A stretch of DNA of 64,000 nt, taken from Felis catus. Lineage: Eukaryota. The stretch covers positions 148,492,001 through 148,556,000 of the forward strand of contig NC_058368.1 in assembly GCF_018350175.1 (NCBI RefSeq). The letters are read 5' to 3'. Made by a program: the position numbers and the translations under genes. Of this stretch, positions 26,396-38,702 are shown piece after piece. Every line of letters starts with the position of its first letter. Position 1 is the first letter of the stretch. The notes beneath the pieces were generated by a model. It was not told where the DNA came from and did no database searches. It was given only the letters and a program-made list of their open reading frames with translations.

Positions 26396-26815
26396 AATAG
26401 CTTTATTGATACATAATTCATATACCATTCAGTTCACCCCTATAATATGTAAAATCTAATGATTTTTAGTATTTTATAGAGCTGTACAACCATCACCACA
26501 TCAATTTCTATATTTCATCCTCTCCAAAGAAATGCTGTATCCTTAGCAAAACCTTGCAACACTTCCAGTCCTAATAAAACAGAATCTACTTTTTGTCTCT
26601 GTCTGAGTTATTTCACTGAGCATAGTGCCCTTTTTATGTTCTTACTGGTCATTTGCCAAATATTCTGGGGAAATGTCTATTCAAATTCTTTGCCCACTTA
26701 ATAATTTGATTGTCCTTTTATTATTGCGTTTTAAGTGTTCTTTTTATATTCCAGATACAAGTCCTTTTCATATATGTGATTTGCAAATAATTAGTCCATT
26801 CTATGGGGTAACTGT
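26396..26815 (-). mobile_element. Old L1 3' end (L1MB-like)
   Basis: agctttattgatacataattcatataccat...gtacaaccatcaccaca...gaaatgtctattcaaattctttgccca. Confidence 0.8.
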
Positions 26816-26819
26816 TCTC

Positions 26820-27034
26820 TTTCTTTTTTTAATCTTTATTTACTTACTTTGAGAGAGAGAGGGAGAGAGAGAGCAAAAGAGGGGCAGAGAGAGAGGAAGA
26901 GACAGAATCCCAAGCAGGCACCATGAAGTCAGCACAGAGCCTGACTCGGGGCTCCACTTCATGAAGTTTGAGATCATGACCTGAACCAAAATTAAAAGTT
27001 GGATGCTTCAGCGAGTGAGTCACCCAGGCACCCC
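26820..27034 (-). mobile_element. CAN-SINE
   Basis: gacagaatcccaagcaggc...gagtcacccaggcacccc. Confidence 0.93.
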
Positions 27035-27204
27035 TTATGTGAATTATGTGAAAACATGAATATTGGAATACTATGTAATATTCAGGAAATAAGAAAATTA
27101 CTTGACCTCAAATTCCAAATCACTGATAATACTTTTGTTTATAATGTGTATTTTCAAAATTTCTGAATACATATACGATTTATGGAAAAGGAGGTTATCT
27201 TAAA

Positions 27205-27419
27205 AAATTTTTTTACATTTATTTATTTTTTGAGAGAGATAGAGAGACAGAGCACAAGTTGGGGAGGGGCAGAGAGAGAAGTAGACACAGAATCCGAAGC
27301 AAGCTCCAGGCTCTGAGCTGTCAGCACAGAGCCCCACACGGGGCTCAAACTCACAGACTGTGAGATCATAACCTGAGCCGAAGTCAGAGGCTTAACCCAC
27401 GGAGCCAAACAGGTGCCCC
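27205..27419 (-). mobile_element. CAN-SINE
   Basis: Antisense body ending aggtgcccc; flanked by aggttatcttaaa on both sides. Confidence 0.95.
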
Positions 27420-28129
27420 AAGAAGGTTATCTTAAATATAGTTTCTTCAAACTCGTTAACAAAGTTAACATAAGGTTTGTAAAGTTCTTGCATTTTTTTT
27501 TCTTTGTGAAGTAGTTGTATAATTCACAATGAGACTATTGTATGATTTATTTATCCAAAATCTTAATATAAAATATCACACATTTAAAATCCACATTGTA
27601 ATATACACATATCTGCATATATTTATCTTCATTTCAGTCACAGAAGTCCTAGAAACAGAACTGCAATATCAAATATTGGGAAAAATTTTAAAGTATACAT
27701 TATCATACTGCTCACCAAAGATTATGGTGGTGAATAGTATTAAACATCTGAAACATATCAAATTACACTTATTTTTAAAATTCATAACATCAAGTGGGAC
27801 CTTAGTCTAGCTACTAGTCCTTCCACACTTCCCTAATCAAGTGCTATGTAAAGGTCAGTACAGAAATCAATAGTTATCTTTTATAAAATGTGCCAATTTG
27901 ACAAAATAATGTCATGAAAGATAATAATAAAAATGGATTTGTATGTTGTATGCCTTTTATTTCATTCTCCAAATAATTTTTATGGTGGTTTAGATACTAG
28001 TGAGAAATTAGAAATTTAGAGCAAAATGAACAAGCAAAATATTACACTTCACCATAGGTACTATAAGAAACACTGCTCTAATCCATTCCATTTTCTACTT
28101 TGTTAGAGGCCATTTCATACCTGCCCTTC

Positions 28130-29050
28130 TCTCCTCCATACTTTAGAACATCTTCCATATTTCTTACCATCAGCTAAAAACTTTGTTTCATATTTTGTTG
28201 GCAAAATACAAGGGGAAATCCACATAGCTTCTAACCCACCTCTCCCTCTCCTCCCACACAGACCTCCTCCACTCACTTCTAGTATCTGTGTACCTCCACT
28301 CTCCTTTACCTTTCATTATGACAGATAAATTGTCTATGCATCTAAAGACAACCCCTTCATTATCCTCCTTGTCTATAATTAAATGACTTCCACCAGTTTT
28401 ATTGCTACCACTTTGGTACAAATCAATATAATTTCTCCCTAATCTATTGCAAAATCCTCTTGAATGTTCTTTCGACCCCACTACAGAACAACCAGAGTGT
28501 CCCTTTTAAAAGGTAAGCCTGCCTCTGTCAGTGCTGTGTTGAAGCCTTCAAAAGCTCCTTGATTTCTTTCTTTCTTTCTTTCTCTCTTTCTTTCTTTCTT
28601 TTCTTTTCTTTTCTTTCTTTTTCTTTCTTTCTTTTGTTCTTTCTTTCCTTCTTTCTTTTTTTCTGCATCCACCTTCCTCTCTTTATTCCAGTCATATTTA
28701 TCTGTATATCGTTCTTAGAACTCTGAAACCACAGATTAGAGTTCTGCCTAGGGCCATTTTCTCTCATATATTTCCAGAGCTCATTCCTTCTCCTTCTTCA
28801 GGTATCTGCTCACATGTCACTACGGAAAGGAATCCTTCACTGACCACTTTTTTAAAAATTGAAAATCTCAGCACTCCTAGTTCCTTTTCCTTGGTTTATT
28901 TTTCCCACATCACTATTAGGAGGGATTATATTATACTTATTTTTTTCTTTGGTAAAGCCTTTCTCTGGAAGCAGGTGCCTGTTCTGTCCCGTTACACAGC
29001 AAGACAGAGGGTAGTGCTCACATGACAACTGATGAAAATTATATAGATAT
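28130..29050 (+). mobile_element. L2 (L2a-like) fragments containing a (TTTC)n expansion
   Basis: accagagtgtcccttttaaaaggtaagc...ttcttcaggtatctgctcacatgtcac...ccttcactgaccac. Confidence 0.65.
28563..28662. repeat. (TTTC)n polypyrimidine tract
   Basis: Direct observation. Confidence 0.95.
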
Positions 29051-29069
29051 TCATTTTATTTGTTTCTCA

Positions 29070-29313
29070 GTTGAGATATTTCTGGGATTTGTGCTCAAGA
29101 GTTTTATACTGCCCTAGACTTCCCTACAGGTATATATTCTCATTTAATTACAGTGTTAACTTCCTTGATAATGTATCATTTATTTGTGTCCTTCCCTTCC
29201 CTGTCTTAATTATTCACTTCACTACTGGGGTTTCTAAGGATTGCATCTCACATAAAGCAAATGCACTTGAATCCTTGTTTTGATATCTATATCTGAGGAA
29301 AATGAAAATAACA
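29070..29313 (+). mobile_element. ERVL LTR 3' part (LTR33-like)
   Basis: cttcccttccctgtct...cataaagcaaatgcacttgaatccttgttt...tctgaggaaaatgaaaataaca. Confidence 0.55.
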
Positions 29314-29759
29314 CAATGTGCGAGACATTTGTTGATTTATATATATACATATATATATGAAGACTGAACGTGTAGAATACACAAATGTTCAGAGATATGA
29401 GATAATTCTGAACTTTTTTCCAAGGTAATGGTAACAATTTATATTCCCATTGTCAATACATAAGAGACCTGTGAATTCAAATCCTCTTAAGTCGTGATAC
29501 TTGCGATATTTATGTATTTATTGCCACAGAAAGTGTGATGATGGCTTAGTGTTGTGGTCTTAATTTATATTTAACTTATCACCAATACTGCTGAACATAA
29601 CTTTTTATCTTTGTTGGTCATATGTGGTTCCTCTTCTGTTAAATGTGTGTTCATATATTTGACTTTTTTCTATGGGTTATTTTTTTGGGGGGGTACAAGT
29701 TCTTTACATATTCTTATGAATTGTGTACCTCAAAGTTTATAAATAATATATTAAAATTT

Positions 29760-29957
29760 TTAAGTTTTATTTATTTATTTTGAGAGAAAGAGAGAACATG
29801 AGCAGAGAGGGGCAGGGAAAGGGAAAGAGAGAATCCCAAGCAGGCTCCTTCCTGTCGGCATGGAGACCAATGAGGAGCTCAAACTCACGAACTGTGAGAT
29901 CATGACCTGAGCTGAAATCCAGTGTCACACGCTTAACTAACTGAGCCACCCAGGGGC
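29760..29957 (-). mobile_element. CAN-SINE
   Basis: tttatttattttgagaga...gaatcccaagcaggctcc...actgagccacccagggg. Confidence 0.93.
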
Positions 29958-30137
29958 CGAAAGAGAGACAGAGTGGGAAGGGAGGAGGGAGAGAGAGACA
30001 GAGTGACAGAATCTGAAGCAGGCTCCAGGCTCTGAACTGTCAGCACAGAGCCCAATGCGGGACTTGAACTCATGAACTGTGAGACTGTAACCCAAGCTAA
30101 AGTCATGCTTAAGTGACTGAGCCTCTCAGGTACCCCC
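29958..30137 (-). mobile_element. CAN-SINE lacking its own A tail, abutting the previous SINE
   Basis: gacagaatctgaagcaggctccaggctctga...gactgagcctctcaggtacccc. Confidence 0.9.
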
Positions 30138-31680
30138 CAAAAATATATTTTACTAGGCTCACATATATTTGTCAACTAAAGACAAATGGCCAAACTACAC
30201 ACCGGATCTGCTGAAGCATGGAGAGAGGAGCAGAAGCAGGTATAGACTTTCTCTTATCACCTATCCTATTCTGGAGCAGAGCCCAAACATTCAGCCAAGC
30301 TGGAGTATTCAGGCAGCATTATTAAGGAAGCACAATCTCGTCACCTGGAAATATCAGAAACTGAACTATAATGTCAAAAACTTGGATCCAGCAGTATTCT
30401 TTCAGCTAAGCATATACAACCAATCGATACCTTGGTACAATTTGAGGGTTGGTGTACAATCTACATTGCAGATGTCTGATATGACAAGCCTGTGGCATCA
30501 TACATGACTAAAAATCATAGTTTAGGTACCAACAGTCGGTCTTTGGGCATGGTCAGGAACTGAGGTCAATTTATATAAATAGGCACACGACTTCAACACA
30601 ATCTTCTACCAAGATTGATGGTTTCCATGGAGTTACTTTTAGTCTCTTTGTTTATCCTTGCACCAATAACATAATTACATTAGTTACTCTGGTTTCATAA
30701 ATATCTTAATATTAGAAATCCACCAACTTCTTATTCTTCATCAAAATTATATTGATCTTTCTTGGCATTTGCTTTTTCATTTACAAAGCAATAGCTTTAT
30801 AATACAATACAAATAAAATACAATATTGTATGCTATCTGATATATTACATATAACATTTAATATGGATTAATAATGTTCCTATAAATGTTTAGACCACAT
30901 GATTCATTCTTAACATTATCAAAGTCATCCAAATATAAATTACACATAAATTTTTACAAACATATTTATTATATGAAATATACATGTTAGAAAGAATCAC
31001 ATAGTATGGAGAAATAGCAGAAAGGCAGGAAGTTACTAAAATATATTTCAATAAAAGATTTTGAAAATAATATTTGGGATTTTAGTTTTCTTTATAAAAG
31101 GATGATTCACAGATTTACTATCAGCAAACCTGAGCCACTGTTCCTCCTAAAACAATATTCCCAAAGAATGGTCAAAGGGAATTGGTGGAAAATCCTAAAG
31201 GATCAAAAAATACTTGTTCTACCTTTGAGCCTTCAGCGGTAGATCAGTACTTTACTGAAAAAATATCCAAGACCTCAGTCCAAGTTTTTGTCAGGCTTGG
31301 AGATGAAATACAGAATAAAATAAATTCAAATAATTTCTTATCAATGCTTCTACTATATGAATCACTGGAATGTTTAAACATCCTATTAGAATACCAATTA
31401 TCAGTTCCTATTATAAGATAAATTAGTGTAGAAAGCATAATTATCCAAACTGCCTCTTCTTGGGACTAGGAATCACATTTCTTTCTCCATAAAAGCAGAG
31501 ATTAAGCCTCATATCTTCTGTTATTCTATCATCTCTTCTGTCCAATCACCAGTCACAATATGGTGATAATTTTGTTCAATCTAAGCAGCATTTATTTTTT
31601 GTCATTTCTATAGATTTCTTTGTTATAGTAGTGAACTATTAAAAAACAATCTATTCTCTGCACTAAAAATGAGAACATGA

Positions 31681-31681
<1 letters not shown>

Positions 31682-31717
<36 letters not shown>
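31682..31717. repeat. (TG)n microsatellite
   Basis: Direct observation. Confidence 0.95.
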
Positions 31718-31718
<1 letters not shown>

Positions 31719-32205
31719 CTCAAGGATTACCTGAAAACTTATAAGGATCTATAATAGTTTATTTTAAGCATTGCACCATTTTATTGAAGTCACACAATTA
31801 ATCAAAATATTATCTGCCAGATGAATGCCATTATTCATCAACTTTATTTGTGCAGCAGAATGAAACTTATCTCCACAGGGGTAACTAAAGTTATCACAAT
31901 ACAAAATAACATTCTAACTCTGGTATCTCCAGATAGCACACATCATCACAATAGGAATTAACATTAGAAATTTTCTTTTCTAAAGGAGTTTTTATTTATT
32001 TCTTTTGTTTTTGCATAATTCTGGTGTGACTCTCAAGACCCATAGCTTGAGCAAGATAGCATCCTATATGGTGAGCAGAAATGCCAGGTCATATAGGCTT
32101 TTAAGATGCTGTGTCTTCCCTCTAATTCATTGTATGTTACAATACAAAAGTGGCATGCTAATGATAAAAACAAATCCAGGACAGATATAAAGTATCACAT
32201 GTTTT

Positions 32206-33942
32206 GTCAGTGTACAGAAATCAGTTGTATTTCTATACACCAATAACAAAGCAGCAGAAAGAGAAATCAAGGGATCAATCTCATTTACAATTACACCAGG
32301 AAACACAAATTACCTAGGAACAAACCAAACCAAAAAGGTGAAAATCTATACACTGGAAACTATAGAAAGTTTATGAAAGAAATTGAAGAAAGCACCAAAA
32401 AAAAAGAAAAAATGGGAAAACATTACATGCTCATGGATTGGAAGAACAAATATTGTTAAAATATTGATACTATCGGGGCGCCTGGGTGGCGCAGTCGGTT
32501 GAGCGTCCGACTTCAGCCAGGTCACAATCTCGCGGTCTGTGAGTTCGAGCCCCGCGTCGGGCTCTGGGCTGATGGCTCAGAGCCTGATGGCTGTTTCGGA
32601 TTCTGTGTCTCCCTCTCTCTCTGCCCCTCCCCCGTTCATGCTCTGTCTCTCTCTGTCCCCCAAAAAATAAATAAACGTTGAAAAAAAAATTAAAAAAATA
32701 TTGATACTACCCAAAGCAATCTACATATTCAATGCAATTCTTATCAAAATAACACCAGCATTCTTCAAGAGCTAGAACAAACAATACTAAAATTTGTATG
32801 GAAATAGAAAAGACCCCGAATAGTCAAAGTAATGTTGAAAAGAAAACCAAAGCTAGAGGCATCACAATTCGGGACTTCAAGCTATATTACAGACTATATT
32901 ATCTGTAATCATCAAGAGAGTATGGTAGTGGTACAAAAAAAAGATACCTAGATCAAAGGAACAGAATGGAGAACCCAGAAAAAGACCCACAAATACATGG
33001 CTAACTAATTTTTGACAAAGCAGGAAAAACTATCCAATAAACAAAACAAAACAAAAGAGTGTCTTCAGCAAATGATGTTGGGAAAATTGGACAGCAACAC
33101 GCAGAAGAATGAAACTGGACCACTTTCTTCAACATACACAAAAAGAAACTTAAAATGGATGAAAGATTTAAATGTAAGACAGGAAACCATCAAAATCTTG
33201 CAGTATAAAACAGGTAACAATAACAACCTCTTTGACCTCAGCCACAGCAACTTCTTACTTGACATGTCCCTGGAGGCAAGGGAAATAAAAGCAAAAATGA
33301 ACTATTGGGACCTCATCAAGATAAAAACCTTCTTTACAATAAAGGAAACAATCAGAAAAAACTAAAAGGCAACTGACAGAATGGGAAAAGACATTTGCAA
33401 ATGACATATCAGATAAAGGGTGAGTGTCTAAAATCTATAAAGAACTTATCAAACTCAACACCCAAAAAACAAATAATCCATTGAAGAAATGGGCAAAAGA
33501 CATGAATAGAGACTCTTCCAAGGAGAACATCCAGATGGCTAACAGACACATGAAAAGATGCTCAACATTTCATCAGGGAAATACAAATCAAAACCAAAAT
33601 GAGAGACCAGCTCACACCTGTCAGAATGGCTAAAACAAACAACTCAGGCAGCAACAGATATTGGCAGAGATGCAGAGAAAGAGGAACCTTTCTGCACTGC
33701 TGGTGGGAATGCAAACTGGTGCAGCTATTCTAGCAAAACTGTATCAAGGTTCCTCAAAGAACTAAAAATAAAACTACCCTAAGACTCAAAAATTTCACTA
33801 CTAAGCATTTACCCAAAGGGTACAGAAATGCTAATTCAAAGGGGCACGTTATCTCAATGTTTATGGCAGCACTATTGACAACAGCGAAAGTATGGAAAAA
33901 GCCTAAAGGTCCATCAACTGTTGAACGGATAAAAAGATGGGG

Positions 33943-33990
<48 letters not shown>

Positions 33991-34383
33991 ACATATAATG
34001 GAATAAATGAATATTACTCAGCAAAAAGAATGAAATCTTGACATTTGTAACAATGTGGATGGCACTATAGTGTAGTATGCTAAGGAAAATAAGTTAGAGA
34101 AAGACAAATATCATGATTTCACTCATATGTGGAATTTAAGAAACGAAACAGATGAATATAGGGGAAGGGAGGCAAATGTAAGATAAAAAGAGAGAGACAA
34201 ACCCAAGAGACTAAAGTACTGAGAACAAACTGAGGGCTGCTGGTGGGATGTTGGGTGGGTGGATGGGCTAAATGGACAATGAACATTAAGGATACACTTG
34301 GGATGAGCACTGGGTGTTATATATCAATGATGAATCATAAAAGCTATTCCTGAAATCATTAAAAAATAAAAATGAAGAATAAA
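32206..34383 (+). mobile_element. 5'-truncated LINE-1 (ORF2 3' part plus 3'UTR)
   Basis: Colinear with ~9000-10850 of the full-length L1; TSD ataaagtatcac(a/t)tgttt at 32187-32204 and 34384-34401; (CA)n at ~33944-33993. Confidence 0.95.
32475..32694 (+). mobile_element. Young CAN-SINE inserted in L1 ORF2
   Basis: CpG-rich body; perfect TSD aaaatattgatacta at 32458-32472 and 32695-32709. Confidence 0.97.
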
Positions 34384-35479
34384 ATAAAGTATCACTTGTT
34401 TCTGATCAAAATCATTAAAATTTCTTCTTCCATTGACCAGTATAAATATGAAAAACTTATGGTATAAGGCATGTAAATATTTTACTATATAATATACACT
34501 ATATATAAACTTCTATATAAAAATGTATGTATATATACATATATATGTAACATATATTATTGCATTTGTTAAAAACCATAAGCAAAATAATGTAAGTATT
34601 CATTTTTCACTCTATTCTCACATAATTATAATATATTAAGATAAATATTTTATTTACTTTAAATGTTATAAATACTTAAACTAAAATATTTGTTATGTAT
34701 TACCTTCTACATCAGATAAAGATGCTCTTACATACTGTTAATATATGCCTTTCAAGTATATCTGAATCATACATTTTGTTAGCAAATTATTATTTATGAA
34801 GATAATATAAATTATAATCTTCACAAAAGTGTGTAAAATTATTTATTTCCCTACATGCCTGAATACATTGACTATAATCTGCCTATAGTTGTACATTTAT
34901 TTTATTATGATGCTGTGAGTAAGAGGAAAGAGAAATGAAAGAAGGTAAAGGGGCAGGAAACAGAAATATTATTGAATTTTAATAGTGAAAATGTTAACAT
35001 TTATTGTAGGATTTGTAAAAAGGATGAAAAAATGAAAATCTATATTAAGATTCTGTGTTAATGGTACAAGGATAGAAAAGTAAACCAATGGAAAATAGTA
35101 GAGACCATTATCAGGACAACAGAGAAAATGAAGGTTAGATTGGATTGAAAAGTCAGTCACTAAGTAGGAATAATAGACACAGATAAATCAAGATGCAAGT
35201 TTACAGGGAATAATATTTTTCCCAAGGACATGCTGCAATTGTAAGCTATTATTACAGTCTCCTTTTTTGAATGATAAATACATTCTTAGTCACAGAGGGA
35301 GTATGTTCGCTAAAATCATTGAGTATCAGAAAACTCAATGTTATATTCAATGTTATATTCATAAAAATAAAACATCCCACTTTGCTTTGAGGATTTAAGT
35401 CATTCTGGCACAGAGAAGCATCCATAACTTAAAAACTCAATTCAGAGTTTCAGATAAAAAGTCTCTGGATACATTTACA

Positions 35480-35783
35480 TATGTATTAATGTTGTAGTTT
35501 ATGATGAAACAGATTCCTGGGTCTATTATGTATTTCATAATCAATATTAACTTCTTTACCCAGACCACTGTCTTTTTTTTTGAGGCTTCATACCCTACTT
35601 TATTTAAAATCCCCTAAATTTTACCATTTCCCTAAGTCTTATGACTCTGTCTTTTCCTTTGTTTGATGGGATGTTCCACCACTCCTCTGCTGTGCACTCA
35701 GCTTTTATGCCATAGGTCAATAAACCTGATTTGTCAGGCTACAGATTTATACCTGATGGTTTTATGTTTCTTTGGCTAAAACA
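35480..35783 (+). mobile_element. ERV1 LTR fragment (MER90/MER110-like 3' end)
   Basis: aataaacctgatttgtcaggctacagatttatacctgatggt...ctttggct...aca resembles this LTR group's 3' end; subfamily uncertain. Confidence 0.4.
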
Positions 35784-36382
35784 CTCTATGTGTATGGCTC
35801 TGTGTCTTATGAAAGGTAACTCTAACATTGTTGGAAAAGAATAATTTTTCAGTTACTATGGCTGGATCAATTGGATATTCACATGGGGAAAAAAAATAGT
35901 CTGGAGCTTTACCTTACATCTCACAAAACTCTGTTCCAAATAGGACAGAATTAAATGTGAAATATAAAACAATGGTCTTCAAAAGGAAAACTAAAAACAA
36001 TGGATTACCATCACTAATAAAGCCTTCTTAAACAAGGCATCAAAATATCTGTAAGATAAAATATTAACAACTTGGGGTTCATTAGAAGTTAAAACTTCAG
36101 TTTAACAAAATACAACATTTAAAGAGTTGAAAAGCAAGCCACAGACTTGAAGATGATATTTTAATGCACATAACCAGAAAAAGAAGTGACATCTAGAATA
36201 TAAGAACAATAACCAAAAGTCCTGCAAATAAATAAAAAAAAAGATGACCCAATAAAGTTCTCATGATTTAATGGGCAATTAAAAAAAAAAGATTTCTAAA
36301 TAGACAATAAGAATGTTAAAATGTCCTCAAAATTATTATTCATTATAAAATTTCAAAATTTCATTTAAAAATTCAAAGAGAT

Positions 36383-37375
36383 CCAAGCATTGGTAGAGCA
36401 ATGCCACAGAAGCTGCACTGGTCTTCAGTACTGCTATGCAGGCAAGCCAGGTGAGCTGTTGATGCCGCATGCCTTGTTTCTAGTCTCATAAATGTTTACA
36501 CTTTCCTGACCCTCCTGTGTCTTGGGTCTCTAAGGGTTTATTAGCTGGTTGCTGATATGCAGTTGGAGCTTCTGTGAAGCTCTTCTGTCTCCAGAGATAT
36601 AATTGCCATTGGCAGGGCATTTGTGTCCTTATAGTGGTGGTTCTGACATTTTTAGATCACTGATTCCCTATCTACATGGACAGAATCATTTAAATAACCA
36701 CAAAAAAAAAATTCCCTCAGTCCACTCCTTTACAGTGTCATTTCAAACAAACTGTAGAGCAGCAGCTTGTAAACTGCTGCTTATGAATGTGCCCTGAGAA
36801 AGAGGATCATCAGGAATCGCCAAAAATAGGAAACCAACCCTGGAGGGACACTTAAAAAAGACACAGTGGGTTACATAGAGAGAGATGCTAACATGAAAAT
36901 GGTGCTATGATCAGCAAGGTTGTGCAAAGGTCATGTGCCCACAGTCTTGGGAACTAGGTAAAAACAAACAAACAGGTTTACAGAAAATGACGATGAAGAG
37001 GAGAACTGATGTTATTAAGAGGAATAGAAAGAATAGCTGAAATACTGCAAACTGGCTAAAAAATTATCAGCACAACTTTTGAAATCAAAATATGTAACAA
37101 AGAAACATGGTATCTATTACTTATCTATGTCCTTTTCTGTATATTCCCTAGAGAGAGTATGCAACATTACACCATGACTATAATCAACTGGAACAAAATA
37201 TACTTTCGGGCAGTTTTAAAAATCGTTATACTTGCTTTTTGAAATAAGCCATGATAGCCTCATTTTATAGTCACTGTATGTGGTATACAGATGTTTCCAT
37301 AAAATATTTTATCTCTAAGTTTAGGGGTGTATTTTTTGTATTATTCATGTATAACACTATATCTACCACGAAAAG
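36383..37375 (+). pseudogene. Candidate processed pseudogene/retrocopy, parent unidentified
   Basis: ~1 kb non-repeat insert in L1 at a TT/AAAA site; GC-balanced 5' part, AT-rich 3'UTR-like end, short A run, degenerate TSD. Confidence 0.4.
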
Positions 37376-37725
37376 AAACACAATAGATACACTTCTAATA
37401 AAATAGCTAAAACTAAACAAAAAGAAAACTAAAAAGTACCATTATTGGCTAGAACATAGAAAGTTATGAATAACTTTCATAAATTGGTGGTGGGTACAGT
37501 TTGGTGCCACCTATTGGCATTCCCATTTTGGAAAGTTACTTTGCTGCAATCCCTCTCTCTGGTACATACCTAACAGAAATGTAAGTATGTTCCCCAAAAG
37601 ACATAGTTAAAATTATTAATAAAAGCACAACTAATAATGGCCAAATACTGAAAATAATCCAAATGTTGTTCATAAATTTTAAGAGTGATAATTTAGATTT
37701 ATTTATACAATGGATACTTGTAGAG

Positions 37726-38176
37726 CAGAGATAAACTTTTCTTTAAGAGGTTAGATAGGGATGCCTGGGTGGCGCAGTCGGTTGAGCGTCCAACTTCAGC
37801 CAGGTCACGATCTCGCGGTCAGTGAGTTCGAGCCCCACGTCGGGCTCTGGGCTGATGGCTCAGAGCCTGGAGCCTGTTTCCGATTCTGTGTCTCCCTCTC
37901 TCTCTGCCCCTCCCCCGTTCATGCTCTGTCTCTCTCTGTCCCAAAAATAAATAAACGTTGAAAAAAAATTAAAAAAAAAAGAGGTTAGATAGTAAATTCG
38001 TTACCTTTATGGACAATACTGTCTCTGTTGAAGTCACACAACTCTACTGTTGTAGCATGAATGCAGTCAGAGACAACATGTAAACAGATGAGCCTGGAAG
38101 TGTTCAATAAAACTTTATTTATATAAATAGTCAGTGGCTTAGCATTGTCTCTAAGGCCACAGTTTGTTGACTCCTG
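37726..38176 (-). mobile_element. MER58A hAT MITE, interrupted by a SINE
   Basis: aaacttttctttaagaggttagatagtaaat...caactctactgttgtagcatga...aataaaactttattta...ggccacagtttgttgactcctg. Confidence 0.85.
37759..37978 (+). mobile_element. Young CAN-SINE
   Basis: Perfect TSD aagaggttagatag at 37745-37758 and 37979-37992; near-identical to 32475-32694. Confidence 0.97.
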
Positions 38177-38702
38177 TCCTACAGCAATGAAAAATAATGC
38201 ATGACTTCTATGTGCAACAATGTGAAAAATATTTAGGGAAATAAATGAGACACAAAAGAGTACCATATGAATGATTCCAATCACATAAACCTCAAGAAAG
38301 CAGGCAAAACTTCTTGGGAATTGAAGTCAGGATGTTCTTGGTTCACTTTAAGTGGAAGTGATCAAGAGGGGACAGAAGAACTTACATGAGAAATGTCAAT
38401 GTTATCTTGCTTCATATGACTGATTATTAAATAAGAATATTCATTCAGAATTTTATAATTTCTTCAATTTTATTTATATATGCTATATTTCGGTGAAAAG
38501 TTCCCTTTATTACAGCATGTTTTCAAGAATAAATATTTGTACCCATTTAGTCAATTATTATTTTACATTCCTCTGAAATTTATAATTATATACATTTATT
38601 GAAAATTTTATTCTTTGGTATCTTATATTTGATTGTATTATTAAGAACGGGGCCTTTTTCTTACATGATGTTATGTGTGTATGTGTTTGGAAAAACTATA
38701 AC

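Larger units (their letters stand above)
29400..30782 (-). mobile_element. Old L1 (L1ME-like) relic, interrupted by two SINEs and a non-L1 island
   Basis: ttttccaagg...aatttatattccca; tgttggtcatatgtggttcctcttctgttaaatgtgtgttcata; resumes at ~30641 with tttgtttatccttgcaccaataac. Confidence 0.6.
35790..38500 (+). mobile_element. Old L1 (L1ME-like) 3' ORF2/3'UTR relic with several insertions
   Basis: ggctggatcaattggatattcacatgggg; aaaagcaagccacagacttgaagatgatattt; resumes at 37376; aatgagacacaaaagagtaccatatgaatgattcca. Confidence 0.75.

Noticed and set aside
28481..28767. Lys/Glu/Arg-rich ORFs
   Set aside because: Translation of the (TTTC)n microsatellite
30169..30620. Short resemblances of translated frames to bornavirus L/N, parvovirus Rep and hepadnavirus polymerase motifs
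   Set aside because: Only 3-5-residue matches recalled from memory, with inconsistent spacing and pointing to unrelated families; not evidence without a search
31100..31440. Opposing 79-aa and 64-aa ORFs in unique DNA
   Set aside because: No recognisable homology and no consistent open exon between plausible splice sites
36758..36781. Small hairpin agcagcagctt-gt-aaactgctgct
   Set aside because: Too short for a pre-miRNA and built from CAG triplets; likely chance
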